Assembly: GCA_964350945.1 (NCBI GenBank)
Contig: CAYGLF010000004.1
Location: forward strand, 1,976 to 65,975
Source: an uncultured bacterium
Lineage (GTDB): Bacteria > Chlamydiota > Chlamydiia > Chlamydiales > JAAZZY01
Direction of reading: 5' to 3'
Length of the DNA stretch: 64,000 nt
The notes below the pieces were generated by a model. That model did no database searches and had not been told where the DNA came from. It worked only from the letters and a program-made list of their open reading frames with translations. Numbering within the stretch: the stretch's first letter is position 1; the number at the start of each line of letters is the position of its first letter. This document shows positions 35,581 to 45,169 of the stretch, in pieces. The translations under genes and the position numbers were made by a program.

Positions 35581-36860
35581 GATCTGTCTCCTATAAGTTC
35601 CTGGACAATCCGTTTAAACTCATCCCCTCGATGCTCGAAATTGTCAAACATATCAACACTCGAAGCTGCCGGGGAAAGTAAAATAGCGTCAAACTTTTGA
35701 CTGATCTCAAAAGCCTGTAGAATCGCTTCTTTAAGTGATGAACATAAATGGATCGGATATTCTTTTTCAAATACTTTTGCCATTTTATCACGACATTGGC
35801 CTATTAAGTAGATAGCTTTGACTCGATTTGAAAAAATTCCTTTCAAAATTTCAAAGTCAAGTCCTTTATCCTGCCCTCCCATAATAAGAATCAATGGGTT
35901 TGAAATAGAACAAACAGCCTGTACAACCGACTCTACATTGGTAGCTTTGCTGTCATTGTAAAAAACAACTCCTTTTACCTCTCCCACTTTTTCCATTCGA
36001 TGTGCAAGCCCTTGGAAGCTAAATAGCCCCTTTTGACATACAGCTTTTTCAATTTTAAAATGCTGCACAGCAGCAAGGGCTGCCTGCACATTTTTTGTGA
36101 TTAAGGATGCGTTAAACCCTTTCTCGCTAATGTTAGAACCTTCAATCATTGAGCTGAGGGCTAAAGCATCAAAATGCTTCAATCGATCAAAAAAAATAGA
36201 AGATGCCCATGTTTGGTGAATCTCTTTAGAAATCCACATCAATCCTTGTGGTTTGATTAGCTGTTGGATACGTAGCTTAGAATGGGCATATGCTTGCATA
36301 GATGAATAACGATCTAGATGATCAGGTGTTATATTTAGTATCAGGGCCTGATCAATAAACGGCGTTTGCAAAGAGTCAATTTGATAAGAGCTAAGCTCTA
36401 CGACTAAAATCTCTTGAGGGTCGATATTTTCGACAACACTTGTCAAAGGGATCCCAATATTACCCACTGCTCTAGCTCGTATACCTGCAGTATTGAGAAG
36501 ATGAGCAATTAAACTCGTGACTGTAGATTTCCCATTGGTCCCTGTCACAGCAATGCAGTAGTTGCGTATTAAGCGCGCTCCTATTTCCACCTCTCCAAAT
36601 ATGGGGATCCCCTTTTGCCTTGCCTTTTCAACAAGAGGGTGAGATAAAGCAACTCCTGGAGAAAGTGCCAAACCATTGAAAAGATGTATATCCAAAGCCT
36701 CACTTTGAGTAGCAACGGGGAAATTGGTCCTAAAATTGATTGGATGATCATCATAGCCTAAAACTACGGCCCCTTTTTTTTGAAGTAAGTTCGCCATAGA
36801 CAACCCACTTTTCCCAAGACCTAGTACTAATATTTTTTGATCACAAAATGTCTTATTCAT
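35577..36860 (-). CDS. murD: UDP-N-acetylmuramoylalanine--D-glutamate ligase
   Basis: ILVLGLGKSGLS N-terminus and GTNGKSTV P-loop. The preferred start is the ATG at 36860 (MNKTF...), which removes a 58-nt overlap with mraY; the ORF track starts at 36920. Confidence 0.9.
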   Translation of the reverse strand: MNKTFCDQKILVLGLGKSGLSMANLLQKKGAVVLGYDDHPINFRTNFPVATQSEALDIHLFNGLALSPGVALSHPLVEKARQKGIPIFGEVEIGARLIRNYCIAVTGTNGKSTVTSLIAHLLNTAGIRARAVGNIGIPLTSVVENIDPQEILVVELSSYQIDSLQTPFIDQALILNITPDHLDRYSSMQAYAHSKLRIQQLIKPQGLMWISKEIHQTWASSIFFDRLKHFDALALSSMIEGSNISEKGFNASLITKNVQAALAAVQHFKIEKAVCQKGLFSFQGLAHRMEKVGEVKGVVFYNDSKATNVESVVQAVCSISNPLILIMGGQDKGLDFEILKGIFSNRVKAIYLIGQCRDKMAKVFEKEYPIHLCSSLKEAILQAFEISQKFDAILLSPAASSVDMFDNFEHRGDEFKRIVQELIGDRS

Positions 36861-36862
36861 AA

Positions 36863-37981
36863 CTATTGGAACTTTAGGGACACCACCCCAATGACTGACA
36901 GTAAAAACCCAATAATCCAAAATCTAAGTACGACTTTTGTTTCGGGCCACCCAAGGTATTCAAAATGGTGATGCAGTGGAGCACACAGGAAAACTCTTTT
37001 TTTCCTCAGCTTAAAACTACCGACCTGCAAAATCACTGAAAGGGCTTCTACCACAAAGACACCTCCAATGAGTGCGAGTAAAATTTCCCGCCGTAGTAAA
37101 ATGCTGCAGACTCCAATAATCCCCCCTAAAGGAAGGGATCCTGTGTCTCCCATAAATAGTTGGGCTGGATGGCTATTGTACCACAAAAACCCTAGGCAAC
37201 CCCCAACAAGAGCTGACATGTAAATAGCAATCTCCCCGCTCCCCTCGATATATAAAATATTTAAGTATTGAGAAATTGAATAGTGGTTAGAAACAAAAGC
37301 AATGACGGCAAAAGCACTGGCAACCATAATGAGATTTCCTGCAGCCAAACCATCTAGACCATCGGTTAAGTTTACGGCATTAGACCAACCATTGACGACT
37401 AAAATCCAAAAAAGCACCAAACAAATTAGGAGAACACCGCTAAAATGCAAAAAAGGACCTTTAATAAAAGGAAGGTAGATCCACGACATGTATGGCCCAT
37501 GCTCAATAGAAAAAGGGCCTAACAAATAAGCTGCTAGACAGATTGAAAAAATGGTCTGGGCAATAAATTTTTTCTTTGCAGACAACCCTTTAGCATTGCG
37601 TTTTTTCAGCTTCAGCAGATCATCAATAGCACCCAATCCCCCAAGAAATAAAGTCGTTATTAACAAAATATAAGTAAAAGGATGAGTCAAATCCATCCAT
37701 AGAAATAAAGATAGCAGCATTGAAACTAAAATTAACACCCCTCCCATTGTGGGTGTGTCTTCTTTTTTTTCATGTAGTTTCCCGAGATGGGGACACTCTT
37801 CTTTACGAATAGGCTGCCCTATTTTGAGCTCATATAATTTTCTAATAAAAAATTTGCCACAAAAGATCGTTAGCACCATGGAAGTAATTGCTGCCATTGC
37901 CATTCTAAAAGAGGTATATTCAAAAACGTTTGGTAAACGCATACCCCATCTACTAAAAAAATCAACTAAAACGAATATCAT
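36863..37981 (-). CDS. mraY: Phospho-N-acetylmuramoyl-pentapeptide transferase
   Basis: 372 aa polytopic protein. AIDDLLKL, NAVNLTDGLDGLA, FMGDTGSLPLGG, APLHHHFE motifs. Confidence 0.92.
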   Translation of the reverse strand: MIFVLVDFFSRWGMRLPNVFEYTSFRMAMAAITSMVLTIFCGKFFIRKLYELKIGQPIRKEECPHLGKLHEKKEDTPTMGGVLILVSMLLSLFLWMDLTHPFTYILLITTLFLGGLGAIDDLLKLKKRNAKGLSAKKKFIAQTIFSICLAAYLLGPFSIEHGPYMSWIYLPFIKGPFLHFSGVLLICLVLFWILVVNGWSNAVNLTDGLDGLAAGNLIMVASAFAVIAFVSNHYSISQYLNILYIEGSGEIAIYMSALVGGCLGFLWYNSHPAQLFMGDTGSLPLGGIIGVCSILLRREILLALIGGVFVVEALSVILQVGSFKLRKKRVFLCAPLHHHFEYLGWPETKVVLRFWIIGFLLSVIGVVSLKFQ

Positions 37982-39287
37982 GAATGACCCTTTCTAAAGC
38001 GCGCTTCCTAGAACCTTTTAAAAGAACGGTATCGCCCTTTTGGATCCACTGAGAAATGCAGGCCACCATATTGGGATAAGATTGAAAAAAAGCCCATTTT
38101 TTTTTGTTGTTTTTACAAAGCTTGGGCATACAATCTAATCCTGATCCATATCCGATTAGGATATCAGCGTACTCAACTCCCATTTTTACAAGCTTTTGGT
38201 GGTTTTCAAAGCTAAACTCTCCCTGCTCTACTAGATCAGAAAGAATCGCTATAGTCCGCCCTTTTGCCACAACTTGTAAACTCTGCAATGCATTTTCCAC
38301 AGAATCAATCGTCGCATTGTAGGCATCACAGATAAATAAAACGCCTTGTTTTTCAATACACTCTAAACGATTTTGAGCATGCTGCACTTTTGATAGATTT
38401 TCTTGTATTTCTTGACATGAGACTTGTAGCTGATCTGCAATGGCAATAGCCCCCAACAAATTCAAGTGGCTCTTTTCATCAAAAAAAGGTGAGGCGCTTT
38501 TAAAAAATAGCTTCTGATTTTTATAAACGACAAAAGCATTTCCATCTCTTTTTAGAAAGTATGGTGCTTGAGGATCTTTCATAGAGTAGCGAATGCCTTT
38601 TGGACATTTTTGAGCAGCTAGTTCTTCAAAAGGCATGTCTGCATTATATAAAACTGTTTTTGCCCCCGCAAACACCTTCATTTTTTCTAGTGCCAAATGT
38701 CTAAAAGATTCAAATGCCTCAATATGCGCGTGCGACAGCATGGTCAACACAGCGTAAGTTGGGGGAGCAATTTCTAAGAGGCGGTCAATTTCCCCAGGAC
38801 GATCTAACCCCATCTCTAAGATCAAAAAATCGGTGGGTTGTTTTACATTCAAAATCGTCAAAGGTAGTGTGAGCTGCGAGTTGTAATTCCCTGGGGTTGC
38901 ACTTAATGATCTTTGCCCCCTCAATAAGGTGACTAAAAAATCTTTGGTTGATGTTTTGCCTAAAGAACCTGTGATAGCAATAATTTTCGGTTTCCAAAAC
39001 TCTATGATTGCTTTGGCTATTTCTTGCAGAGTTTTTTTCACATCACTGCAAGTAATGAGATGTAAACCTGAAATAGATCTTGAAACAGGACGATCAATAA
39101 CCGCTATGATAGCCCCATTTCGAGCAGCACTCTCTAAATAATCATGACCGTCTACTTTATCTCCTTGGAGAGCAAAAAAGCAGCTTTTAGGAGTTGCCTT
39201 ACGGCTATCAATGCAAAAAGACTCCACCTGCTTAGCGATCAACTCTGGGACAGGAAGTATCTTTTGAAATGCTTGAAAAAACCACAT
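37962..39287 (-). CDS. murF: UDP-N-acetylmuramoyl-tripeptide--D-alanyl-D-alanine ligase
   Basis: 441 aa. IDSRK..., GDKVDGHDY, ITGSLGKTSTKD P-loop, Mur ligase C-terminal region. Confidence 0.85.
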   Translation of the reverse strand: MWFFQAFQKILPVPELIAKQVESFCIDSRKATPKSCFFALQGDKVDGHDYLESAARNGAIIAVIDRPVSRSISGLHLITCSDVKKTLQEIAKAIIEFWKPKIIAITGSLGKTSTKDFLVTLLRGQRSLSATPGNYNSQLTLPLTILNVKQPTDFLILEMGLDRPGEIDRLLEIAPPTYAVLTMLSHAHIEAFESFRHLALEKMKVFAGAKTVLYNADMPFEELAAQKCPKGIRYSMKDPQAPYFLKRDGNAFVVYKNQKLFFKSASPFFDEKSHLNLLGAIAIADQLQVSCQEIQENLSKVQHAQNRLECIEKQGVLFICDAYNATIDSVENALQSLQVVAKGRTIAILSDLVEQGEFSFENHQKLVKMGVEYADILIGYGSGLDCMPKLCKNNKKKWAFFQSYPNMVACISQWIQKGDTVLLKGSRKRALERVIHDIRFS

Positions 39288-39293
39288 AAATGA

Positions 39294-40175
39294 CTATTGT
39301 GTTCTTAAAATAGAAAGGGTGTGCTTAACCTCATCATGAGAAAAATCTTCCCACCAAGTACGAGCATTTTCTAAAACGATTCTGATGATTTGCTCTTTTT
39401 TCTCTGATTTATGAATAGACTCAACAACCTCTAATACCTCGTAAGGATATAATTTTTTCAGAGCATCTTTTTCTAAGTCTTTGGGTAAAAACTGCAAAAC
39501 ATTTTTTGTCTGAGCATTGCGCATGCAAGCAATTAAACGTTGGCAATATTTCTTCCAGCAATCAAAATCAACGGTAACCTTTTTAAGGGTCATTATCAAC
39601 ATGTTGCTTTGTTTGGGAGACAAGCAGTTTAAAAACTGCTCTAACCTTTCCGTTTGTTCTTTCTCTTCAGCATCAAAGATGAGCAAAAAGATTTCTACAA
39701 GTAGCTGCGGAGAAAGAGCTGAAAAAAAATAGTTTTCTAGAAAAATTTCAAACTGATCAATTCCGCGTTTCGAGCTTAAATAACGGCAATAGCGTTCTCT
39801 TTGTCCATAGTAAACCATCATTTCCCAAACATCTTCAGCATTAAAAGAAGAAATGCGTGGCCGCAGATATTCAATCAGCCAGTTTTGTTCTTGGATAGGA
39901 TGTAGATCTTGTGGAACGAAACCTTGTTTCTTTTGTTGCTCTAAATCTGCGAAACTTAAAGAGTGGAGTTGATCCAAATGCCGGTACATCTGACGAGTTT
40001 TACCCTCAAATATAAATCGATTAAAATACGACACCACATTTTTAGAAGAAACGCCAGTTCTGTAACGATGAGCCCATTTGGGATCCGCAGAGCGAGTGAG
40101 GTTTAATAAAGGAGAGACTAAATACGAGAAGTACTCTTTAAAAAAGTTTTCTTTAAGAGGCTTATATTTAACCAT
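39294..40175 (-). CDS. Hypothetical protein, first gene of the dcw transcription unit by position
   Basis: 293-aa ORF ending 6 nt before the murF start, same strand. No TM segment and no recognised motif. Confidence 0.4.
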   Translation of the reverse strand: MVKYKPLKENFFKEYFSYLVSPLLNLTRSADPKWAHRYRTGVSSKNVVSYFNRFIFEGKTRQMYRHLDQLHSLSFADLEQQKKQGFVPQDLHPIQEQNWLIEYLRPRISSFNAEDVWEMMVYYGQRERYCRYLSSKRGIDQFEIFLENYFFSALSPQLLVEIFLLIFDAEEKEQTERLEQFLNCLSPKQSNMLIMTLKKVTVDFDCWKKYCQRLIACMRNAQTKNVLQFLPKDLEKDALKKLYPYEVLEVVESIHKSEKKEQIIRIVLENARTWWEDFSHDEVKHTLSILRTQ

Positions 40176-40262
40176 AAAATACCTTCCAAGGCTTTATAAT
40201 AAACTCAAAGATGTATTAGCCACTAAAACAAAGTCAACCATTTAGTGCAAAAGGTTTTGTTT

Positions 40263-40703
40263 TTATGAATGGATCTTCTCGATCAAGTCAATCATTTCTA
40301 ATGCTGCTTTTAAGCTATGAGTCCCTTTATTTCTCTCACCACGAGAGCGCGCTTCTGCTTGTGCTCGATTACAAGTAAGCACTCCAAACAAAATGGGCAC
40401 TTCAGTTTCTAGCGTTGCATGAGTAATGCCATTGGCTGCGGCCATTGAAACGTATTCAAAGTGAGCTGTCTCCCCCTTCAAAACGGCCCCCAAACAAATC
40501 ACAGCTTGATACCGCCTGGTTTTAGCAAGCATTTTCCCTGCTAAAGAAAGTTCAAAAGCGCCTGGCACCCAAAAAGTTTCAAGTTGATCCATAGACAGGC
40601 CATGCTCCATAGCTGCCTGCTGAGCCCCCTGAAGCATACTCGTTGTAATATCTGTATTAAAGCGACTTACAACAATCGCAAGCCTAATATCTTCTCGTTT
40701 CAT
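40263..40703 (-). CDS. ribH: 6,7-dimethyl-8-ribityllumazine synthase
   Basis: 146 aa. IAIVVSRFN, VPGAFELS, TAHFEYV motifs. Confidence 0.9.
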   Translation of the reverse strand: MKREDIRLAIVVSRFNTDITTSMLQGAQQAAMEHGLSMDQLETFWVPGAFELSLAGKMLAKTRRYQAVICLGAVLKGETAHFEYVSMAAANGITHATLETEVPILFGVLTCNRAQAEARSRGERNKGTHSLKAALEMIDLIEKIHS

Positions 40704-41923
40704 AGAGCTCCTTTTAAACCAGCACCCTGAAACAAGTGCCCCATTTTTTGTTTTTTCGTCATGAGGTATTTTTGATTCTCTGGATTAGGTTGTGACCATA
40801 GAGGCACTCTCTCCACAATTTTAAGGCCGTACCCAGAAAGCCCACTATATTTGGCAGGATTATTCGTCATCAAGCGCATAGAGGAGACTTGAAGATCTGC
40901 TAAAATTTGTGCTCCCACTCCATATTCTCTTGAATCAACAGGAAGCCCTAGCTGCTGGTTCGCCTCAACAGTATCGCTTCCTTGATCTTGCAGGTTGTAA
41001 GCACGAAGTTTGTGTTCGAGACCAATGCCTCGACCTTCATGCCCTCGTAGGTAGACAAGCACTCCACTTCCATGGTCTGCGATCTTTTTAAGTGCTTGGT
41101 TCAATTGGCTTCCACAATCACAGCGCTTAGACATAAAGACATCTCCGGTCAAACATTCGGAATGCACACGCACAAGTACATGTTCTTGAGATGCTACATC
41201 TCCTTTGACCAAAGCAATATGTTGAGTATCATCTAAGCTAGTAGAGTAGCAGTGTGCTTCAAATTCACCATGCTCTGTAGGGATTCTAGCTGTAGAAACA
41301 CGTTTTACAATTTTTTCATTTCGGCTGCGATAGCGCACAAGATCTGCAATAGAAACCATACAAAGTTTGTGCTCTTTTGCAAACTGCTCAATCTCCCCAG
41401 ACTTTGCAACAGATCCATTTTCACTCATAACTTCTGCAATCACAGCGGCAGGCTCTAGACCCGCTAAAATAGCTAAGTCAACTCCAGCTTCAGTATGACC
41501 TGCTCGTTTTAAGACTCCTCCAGGGGTGTACTTTAGTGGAAATACATGGCCCGGTCTAAGTAAATCATCGGGTTTTGTCTCAGAGTGGATTAATGCTTGA
41601 ATCGTTTGCAGGCGGTCATGTGCAGAAATTCCAGTAGTCGTTCGGTGCTTTGCATCAACAGAAACTGTAAATGCAGTTTGGTGCTTCTCAGTATTGATAT
41701 CGACCATCATCGGAATTTGTAATGCTTGTAGTTGCTTATCAAGCATAGGAACGCATAGGATTCCACTTGTATAGCGAATCATAAAGCTAATATTTTCTAG
41801 GGAAGCTCGCTCTGCTGCAATGATAAGATCTCCCTCATTTTCTCTTCCTTCATCATCAACTACGACCACAGGCCTTCCTGCCCGCATCTCTAATATTGCA
41901 TTTTCTATCGATTCAAAGTTCAT
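40700..41923 (-). CDS. ribBA: Bifunctional 3,4-dihydroxy-2-butanone-4-phosphate synthase / GTP cyclohydrolase II
   Basis: 407 aa. DHBPS (DDEGRENEGDLI; GHTEAG) followed by GCH-II (HSECLTGDVF...CDCG; EGRGIGL). Confidence 0.92.
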   Translation of the reverse strand: MNFESIENAILEMRAGRPVVVVDDEGRENEGDLIIAAERASLENISFMIRYTSGILCVPMLDKQLQALQIPMMVDINTEKHQTAFTVSVDAKHRTTTGISAHDRLQTIQALIHSETKPDDLLRPGHVFPLKYTPGGVLKRAGHTEAGVDLAILAGLEPAAVIAEVMSENGSVAKSGEIEQFAKEHKLCMVSIADLVRYRSRNEKIVKRVSTARIPTEHGEFEAHCYSTSLDDTQHIALVKGDVASQEHVLVRVHSECLTGDVFMSKRCDCGSQLNQALKKIADHGSGVLVYLRGHEGRGIGLEHKLRAYNLQDQGSDTVEANQQLGLPVDSREYGVGAQILADLQVSSMRLMTNNPAKYSGLSGYGLKIVERVPLWSQPNPENQKYLMTKKQKMGHLFQGAGLKGAL

Positions 41924-42516
41924 GAAAGAGCCTTCTTTAGGGGGAGTTTATCAAAGTATTTAAACATCATCTTGGCAAACATGTCTATCTCAATGTTTAC
42001 CTTATCTTGCAAAGATCTAGTCTTAAAGAGGGTATTTTGGAACGTATGAGGAATCAAGGCAACCTCTACAAGATTTTTTTCAAGACAGGCAATAGTCAAA
42101 CTCACGCCATCAATGGCAATCGATCCCTTCTCAATCAAAAATGGCTCTAAGGCATCGGGAAGACGCACCACTAGTTTTTCAGGATTCACTTCAATAACTA
42201 TAGCAACTCCGTCTACATGCCCTTGCACAAAGTGCCCCTCTATTTTTGATTGCGCGCTCAAAGCTTCTTCCACATGAACATGTTGCTGCTCCTTAAGATC
42301 TCCTAAGGTTGTTTTTTTAAGTGTCTCATGGGTGACATCAAAACAACTAATGCAAGGCTCCCAGTAAACTTGAGTCAAACAAACTCCATTTATTGCAAAT
42401 GAGCTGTCAATTTGTGGTTTTTGGAATATATGGCTTTGAAGCGTGACTGATAACCCGTAGGGCTTTTCCACAAATTTTAAAACCTTCCCAAATTCTTTAA
42501 TAATTCCTGTAAACAT
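41920..42516 (-). CDS. ribE: Riboflavin synthase alpha chain
   Basis: 198 aa. MFTGII start and duplicated lumazine-binding repeats (INGVCLT / IDGVSLT). Confidence 0.88.
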   Translation of the reverse strand: MFTGIIKEFGKVLKFVEKPYGLSVTLQSHIFQKPQIDSSFAINGVCLTQVYWEPCISCFDVTHETLKKTTLGDLKEQQHVHVEEALSAQSKIEGHFVQGHVDGVAIVIEVNPEKLVVRLPDALEPFLIEKGSIAIDGVSLTIACLEKNLVEVALIPHTFQNTLFKTRSLQDKVNIEIDMFAKMMFKYFDKLPLKKALS

Positions 42517-42524
42517 CGCGCCCC

Positions 42525-43643
42525 CTAAAATACGTAATCTAATCGTAGGTCTTCCCCAAATCGGGTAAAATCTTTCAACCGAAGACGGATGGCATCATTG
42601 ATATTTTCTAACTTAAGATTTGAAAATAAAGAGACTCCCTCGGCCCCTAGCAAACACCCGCCCATATAAAGAATCAGTTGGTTGAGTAACTGGCTTTGCA
42701 TTAAACTGGAAAAAACACCCGAGCCTCCTTCTACCAGTAATTGAAGGACTCCTCGCTGGCCTAAATAATTTAATAATTCTTGTAGGTTCAATCCATTTTG
42801 GCACATTGAAATTTCAACAACCTCACAACCACAATCCAGCCACTCTTTTTTTCGTAATGGGTCTACTAGGTTTGAGGTGACCATTAAGGTCGGCGCTAGC
42901 GAAGTATCGAATAAAGGGCCCTTTGCTTGTATTTTTCCCTTCGCATCTAGGATGACTCGCAGTGGAGGAGTAAAGTTTTTATCTTCAATATCACGAACAG
43001 TTAACTGCGGAGAATCTTCTAAAGCGGTAAAAGTGCCCACCAAAATAGCTTGTGACATGGCTCTCAATTGGTGCACATCACGCCTCGCTTCCTCTTTAGT
43101 AATCCAAAATGAAGAACCATCTCGCGCCGCAATTTTTCCATCCATACTCACTGCTGCCTTTAAAATGCAGTAAGGCCTTCCAGTTTCACGATGATGGCAA
43201 TAAGGTTTCAAAGAAGCTTTAATCTTTTCATGCAAAGTCCCCACCTCAACCTCAATGCCTGCTTGCTGTAATTGAGCAACTCCCCTTCCCCGCACATGGG
43301 GGTCAGGATCTAAAATGCCAATCACCACTTTTTTAACCCCTGCCTTAATCAGAGCCTCTGTACAGGGTGGAGTATTTCCAAAATGAGGACAGGGTTCAAG
43401 TGTGACGTAAACAGTTGCTTCCTGGGCGCTTTCTCCTGCCGCATTCAGCGCCATTATTTCGGCATGTGGTTGCCCTGGTGCCTGCGTATGCCCTCGTGCA
43501 ATAATAGCCCCATGCTTGACGATCACACACCCAACCCATGGGTTGGGTGGAGCAATCAAACGGCCTTTGGCAGCTTCTTGCAAAGCCTCTTGCATAAAAA
43601 AAGTTTGCTTCTGATCAGCAATGGCACTTAAAGACATAGACAT
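42525..43643 (-). CDS. ribD: Bifunctional riboflavin biosynthesis protein RibD (deaminase/reductase)
   Basis: 372 aa. CMP/dCMP deaminase zinc motif (HAEIMAL...TLEPCPHFGNTPPC) followed by the RibD C-terminal reductase domain. Confidence 0.9.
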   Translation of the reverse strand: MSMSLSAIADQKQTFFMQEALQEAAKGRLIAPPNPWVGCVIVKHGAIIARGHTQAPGQPHAEIMALNAAGESAQEATVYVTLEPCPHFGNTPPCTEALIKAGVKKVVIGILDPDPHVRGRGVAQLQQAGIEVEVGTLHEKIKASLKPYCHHRETGRPYCILKAAVSMDGKIAARDGSSFWITKEEARRDVHQLRAMSQAILVGTFTALEDSPQLTVRDIEDKNFTPPLRVILDAKGKIQAKGPLFDTSLAPTLMVTSNLVDPLRKKEWLDCGCEVVEISMCQNGLNLQELLNYLGQRGVLQLLVEGGSGVFSSLMQSQLLNQLILYMGGCLLGAEGVSLFSNLKLENINDAIRLRLKDFTRFGEDLRLDYVF

Positions 43644-43764
43644 CCATACTAAATCTAATTATTTTAAGATCGATTATACAAGATTATACTTTGAAAAGAC
43701 AAGGCTTTGGTCACGAAAAGAAAATAGCAAGCATTCAGCTCTCTAAGATAAAAATAATTTGAAA

Positions 43765-44577
43765 CTAGCCCAGCCAGCCTCTTTTAATTTTGCTCGTATG
43801 AAACAGCTGTGCATGCCTTTTTTCATCTGCTGAAATATTATCTTGAGCTGTAGATTCATGAAAAGGGTCTAATTTCTGAACAATGTCCAACTGATAAATA
43901 GAAGAATTGACCCAGCTTTTCTTTTTATTCCCAAAGTATACTTTAAAATGAATGGAGACGCACTCCTCTTCACTTTGGTGTGGGTGAATATTTTGAACCA
44001 TATCTGCGGGAAATAATAAAAAATCCCCTGAGTCTGGTTTGAAAGTAGCCAACAAATGAGCTGGCGCACTTTTCTTAAAAAAAGAAATGCCTCCTTGTTC
44101 GGAGGAACTTTTGTTAACTCCCTGCAAGTAGTAGCACCCAGAGAAAAGAGCATCTTGATGTTGTGATACTTTGGGATTACTTTCCTTGCGATCTACACTT
44201 GCCCATGCAGAGATCGTCAAATATTTTTTATCCAAACCTAAGAACTGGCTATAGGATTCTATATAAGGCATGAGGCGACGAAATAATTTTTTAACGGATG
44301 GGTATTGTAAGATGTCTGCTCGAGATTTCCAACTACCAGAAGCCCCCTCCTCTTCGCCTTGAAATTGATTCTCAATATTTTGCAATTCTTTACAGATGAG
44401 TAAATTTTGGAAATACGGAACATGCATGGACCACAAGGTATGATTGTCCTGAGTCGTGGTTTGCATGCGTTCAATCCACATTCGCTGGACAATCTTTTGC
44501 CTTAAGTTTCCCCTTAGGGAAAAAATAAACAAAAGCAGAGAAAAAAGTAAAATAAGAGCTAAACCATAATAATTCAT
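43765..44577 (-). CDS. N-terminally anchored protein, possible 2OG-Fe(II) oxygenase-like fold (weak)
   Basis: 270 aa. N-terminal TM (GLALILLFSLLLFIFSL). The C-terminal half has an H-x-D (SQHQDALFSGCYYL), a G-D-F-L-L-FPA strand and a distal His (NIHPHQSEEECVSIHF). These are arranged as in the small 2OG-FeII_Oxy_5-type proteins. Confidence 0.3.
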   Translation of the reverse strand: MNYYGLALILLFSLLLFIFSLRGNLRQKIVQRMWIERMQTTTQDNHTLWSMHVPYFQNLLICKELQNIENQFQGEEEGASGSWKSRADILQYPSVKKLFRRLMPYIESYSQFLGLDKKYLTISAWASVDRKESNPKVSQHQDALFSGCYYLQGVNKSSSEQGGISFFKKSAPAHLLATFKPDSGDFLLFPADMVQNIHPHQSEEECVSIHFKVYFGNKKKSWVNSSIYQLDIVQKLDPFHESTAQDNISADEKRHAQLFHTSKIKRGWLG

Positions 44578-44632
44578 GGTTTCTACCCTTAATAAATTGA
44601 ATTAATTAATACAACTTAAAATACTATTTTTT

Positions 44633-44836
44633 TTAATTATCTTGGCGAGCTCGCTCTTCGAGAATATTTTCTACAAATTTGTGAAAAAAATAGATCCTCT
44701 GCCTTTGCTCTAATAAATTAATTGCATTTTTTCGATCCAAAAAATCAAATACGGATCCCCGCTCCAAACCCAATCTATCTGAAAGCCAATACCCGCTAGC
44801 CCCATTTAAAAACTCAATCGCTTGATACTCCAACAT
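44633..44836 (-). CDS. Hypothetical small protein (uncertain)
   Basis: 67-aa ORF with no motif. It may not be expressed. Confidence 0.2.
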   Translation of the reverse strand: MLEYQAIEFLNGASGYWLSDRLGLERGSVFDFLDRKNAINLLEQRQRIYFFHKFVENILEERARQDN

Positions 44837-45126
44837 AGACCTAAACCCTGAAACAAACCTCCATAAGCTCTCTTTACCTGGGATCCCTATACGGGTTACA
44901 GAAGGAAACCTTATAATCGCCTATTTTATGATAAATCGCACCCAAAGCAGGAAACATACTTCGCCCCTATATTTAAATTTAATAAAACTAAATATTTATC
45001 TTTTAATTGAACTAGCTAAAAACATACTCTTATTAATACTAATAATTACTACAACACCCTCAGGAGAAGAAAAAATTATTTCTTTACAATCCTAAGGCGG
45101 GATTGTGCTAAATTCACGAGATTCTA

Positions 45127-45155
45127 TTGACCACAATCGTTAAATTTCTTAGAAT
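45127..45155 (+). promoter_or_regulatory. Candidate sigma-70/66-type promoter for tRNA-Cys
   Basis: TTGACC (45127-45132), 17-nt spacer, TAGAAT (45150-45155). The mature tRNA 5' end is 14 nt downstream. Confidence 0.45.
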
Positions 45156-45169
45156 TTCACCCTCTCTTA

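Noticed and set aside
36861-36920. 58-nt overlap of murD with mraY implied by the ORF-track start.
   Set aside because: The internal ATG at 36860 gives MNKTF..KILVLGLGKSG, a normal MurD N-terminus, and leaves a 2-nt gap after the mraY stop.
43644-43764. Expected an FMN riboswitch (RFN element) in the leader of the ribD-ribE-ribBA-ribH operon.
   Set aside because: The 120-nt upstream region is AT-rich. It lacks the conserved G-rich RFN core (AGGG...GGGCGAAA...CCGG-type helices) and has no obvious multi-stem structure. A covariance-model scan (Rfam RF00050) would settle it.
44837-45126. About 290-nt ORF-free region upstream of the tRNA-Cys promoter; considered a structured ncRNA (tmRNA, RNase P RNA, SRP RNA, 6S).
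   Set aside because: No conserved motifs of those RNAs could be recognised (for example the tmRNA tag ORF and tRNA-like end, the RNase P GGAA/ACAGNRA core, or the SRP GGAA tetraloop helix). The region is mostly AT-rich. A covariance-model scan or RNA-seq would be needed.
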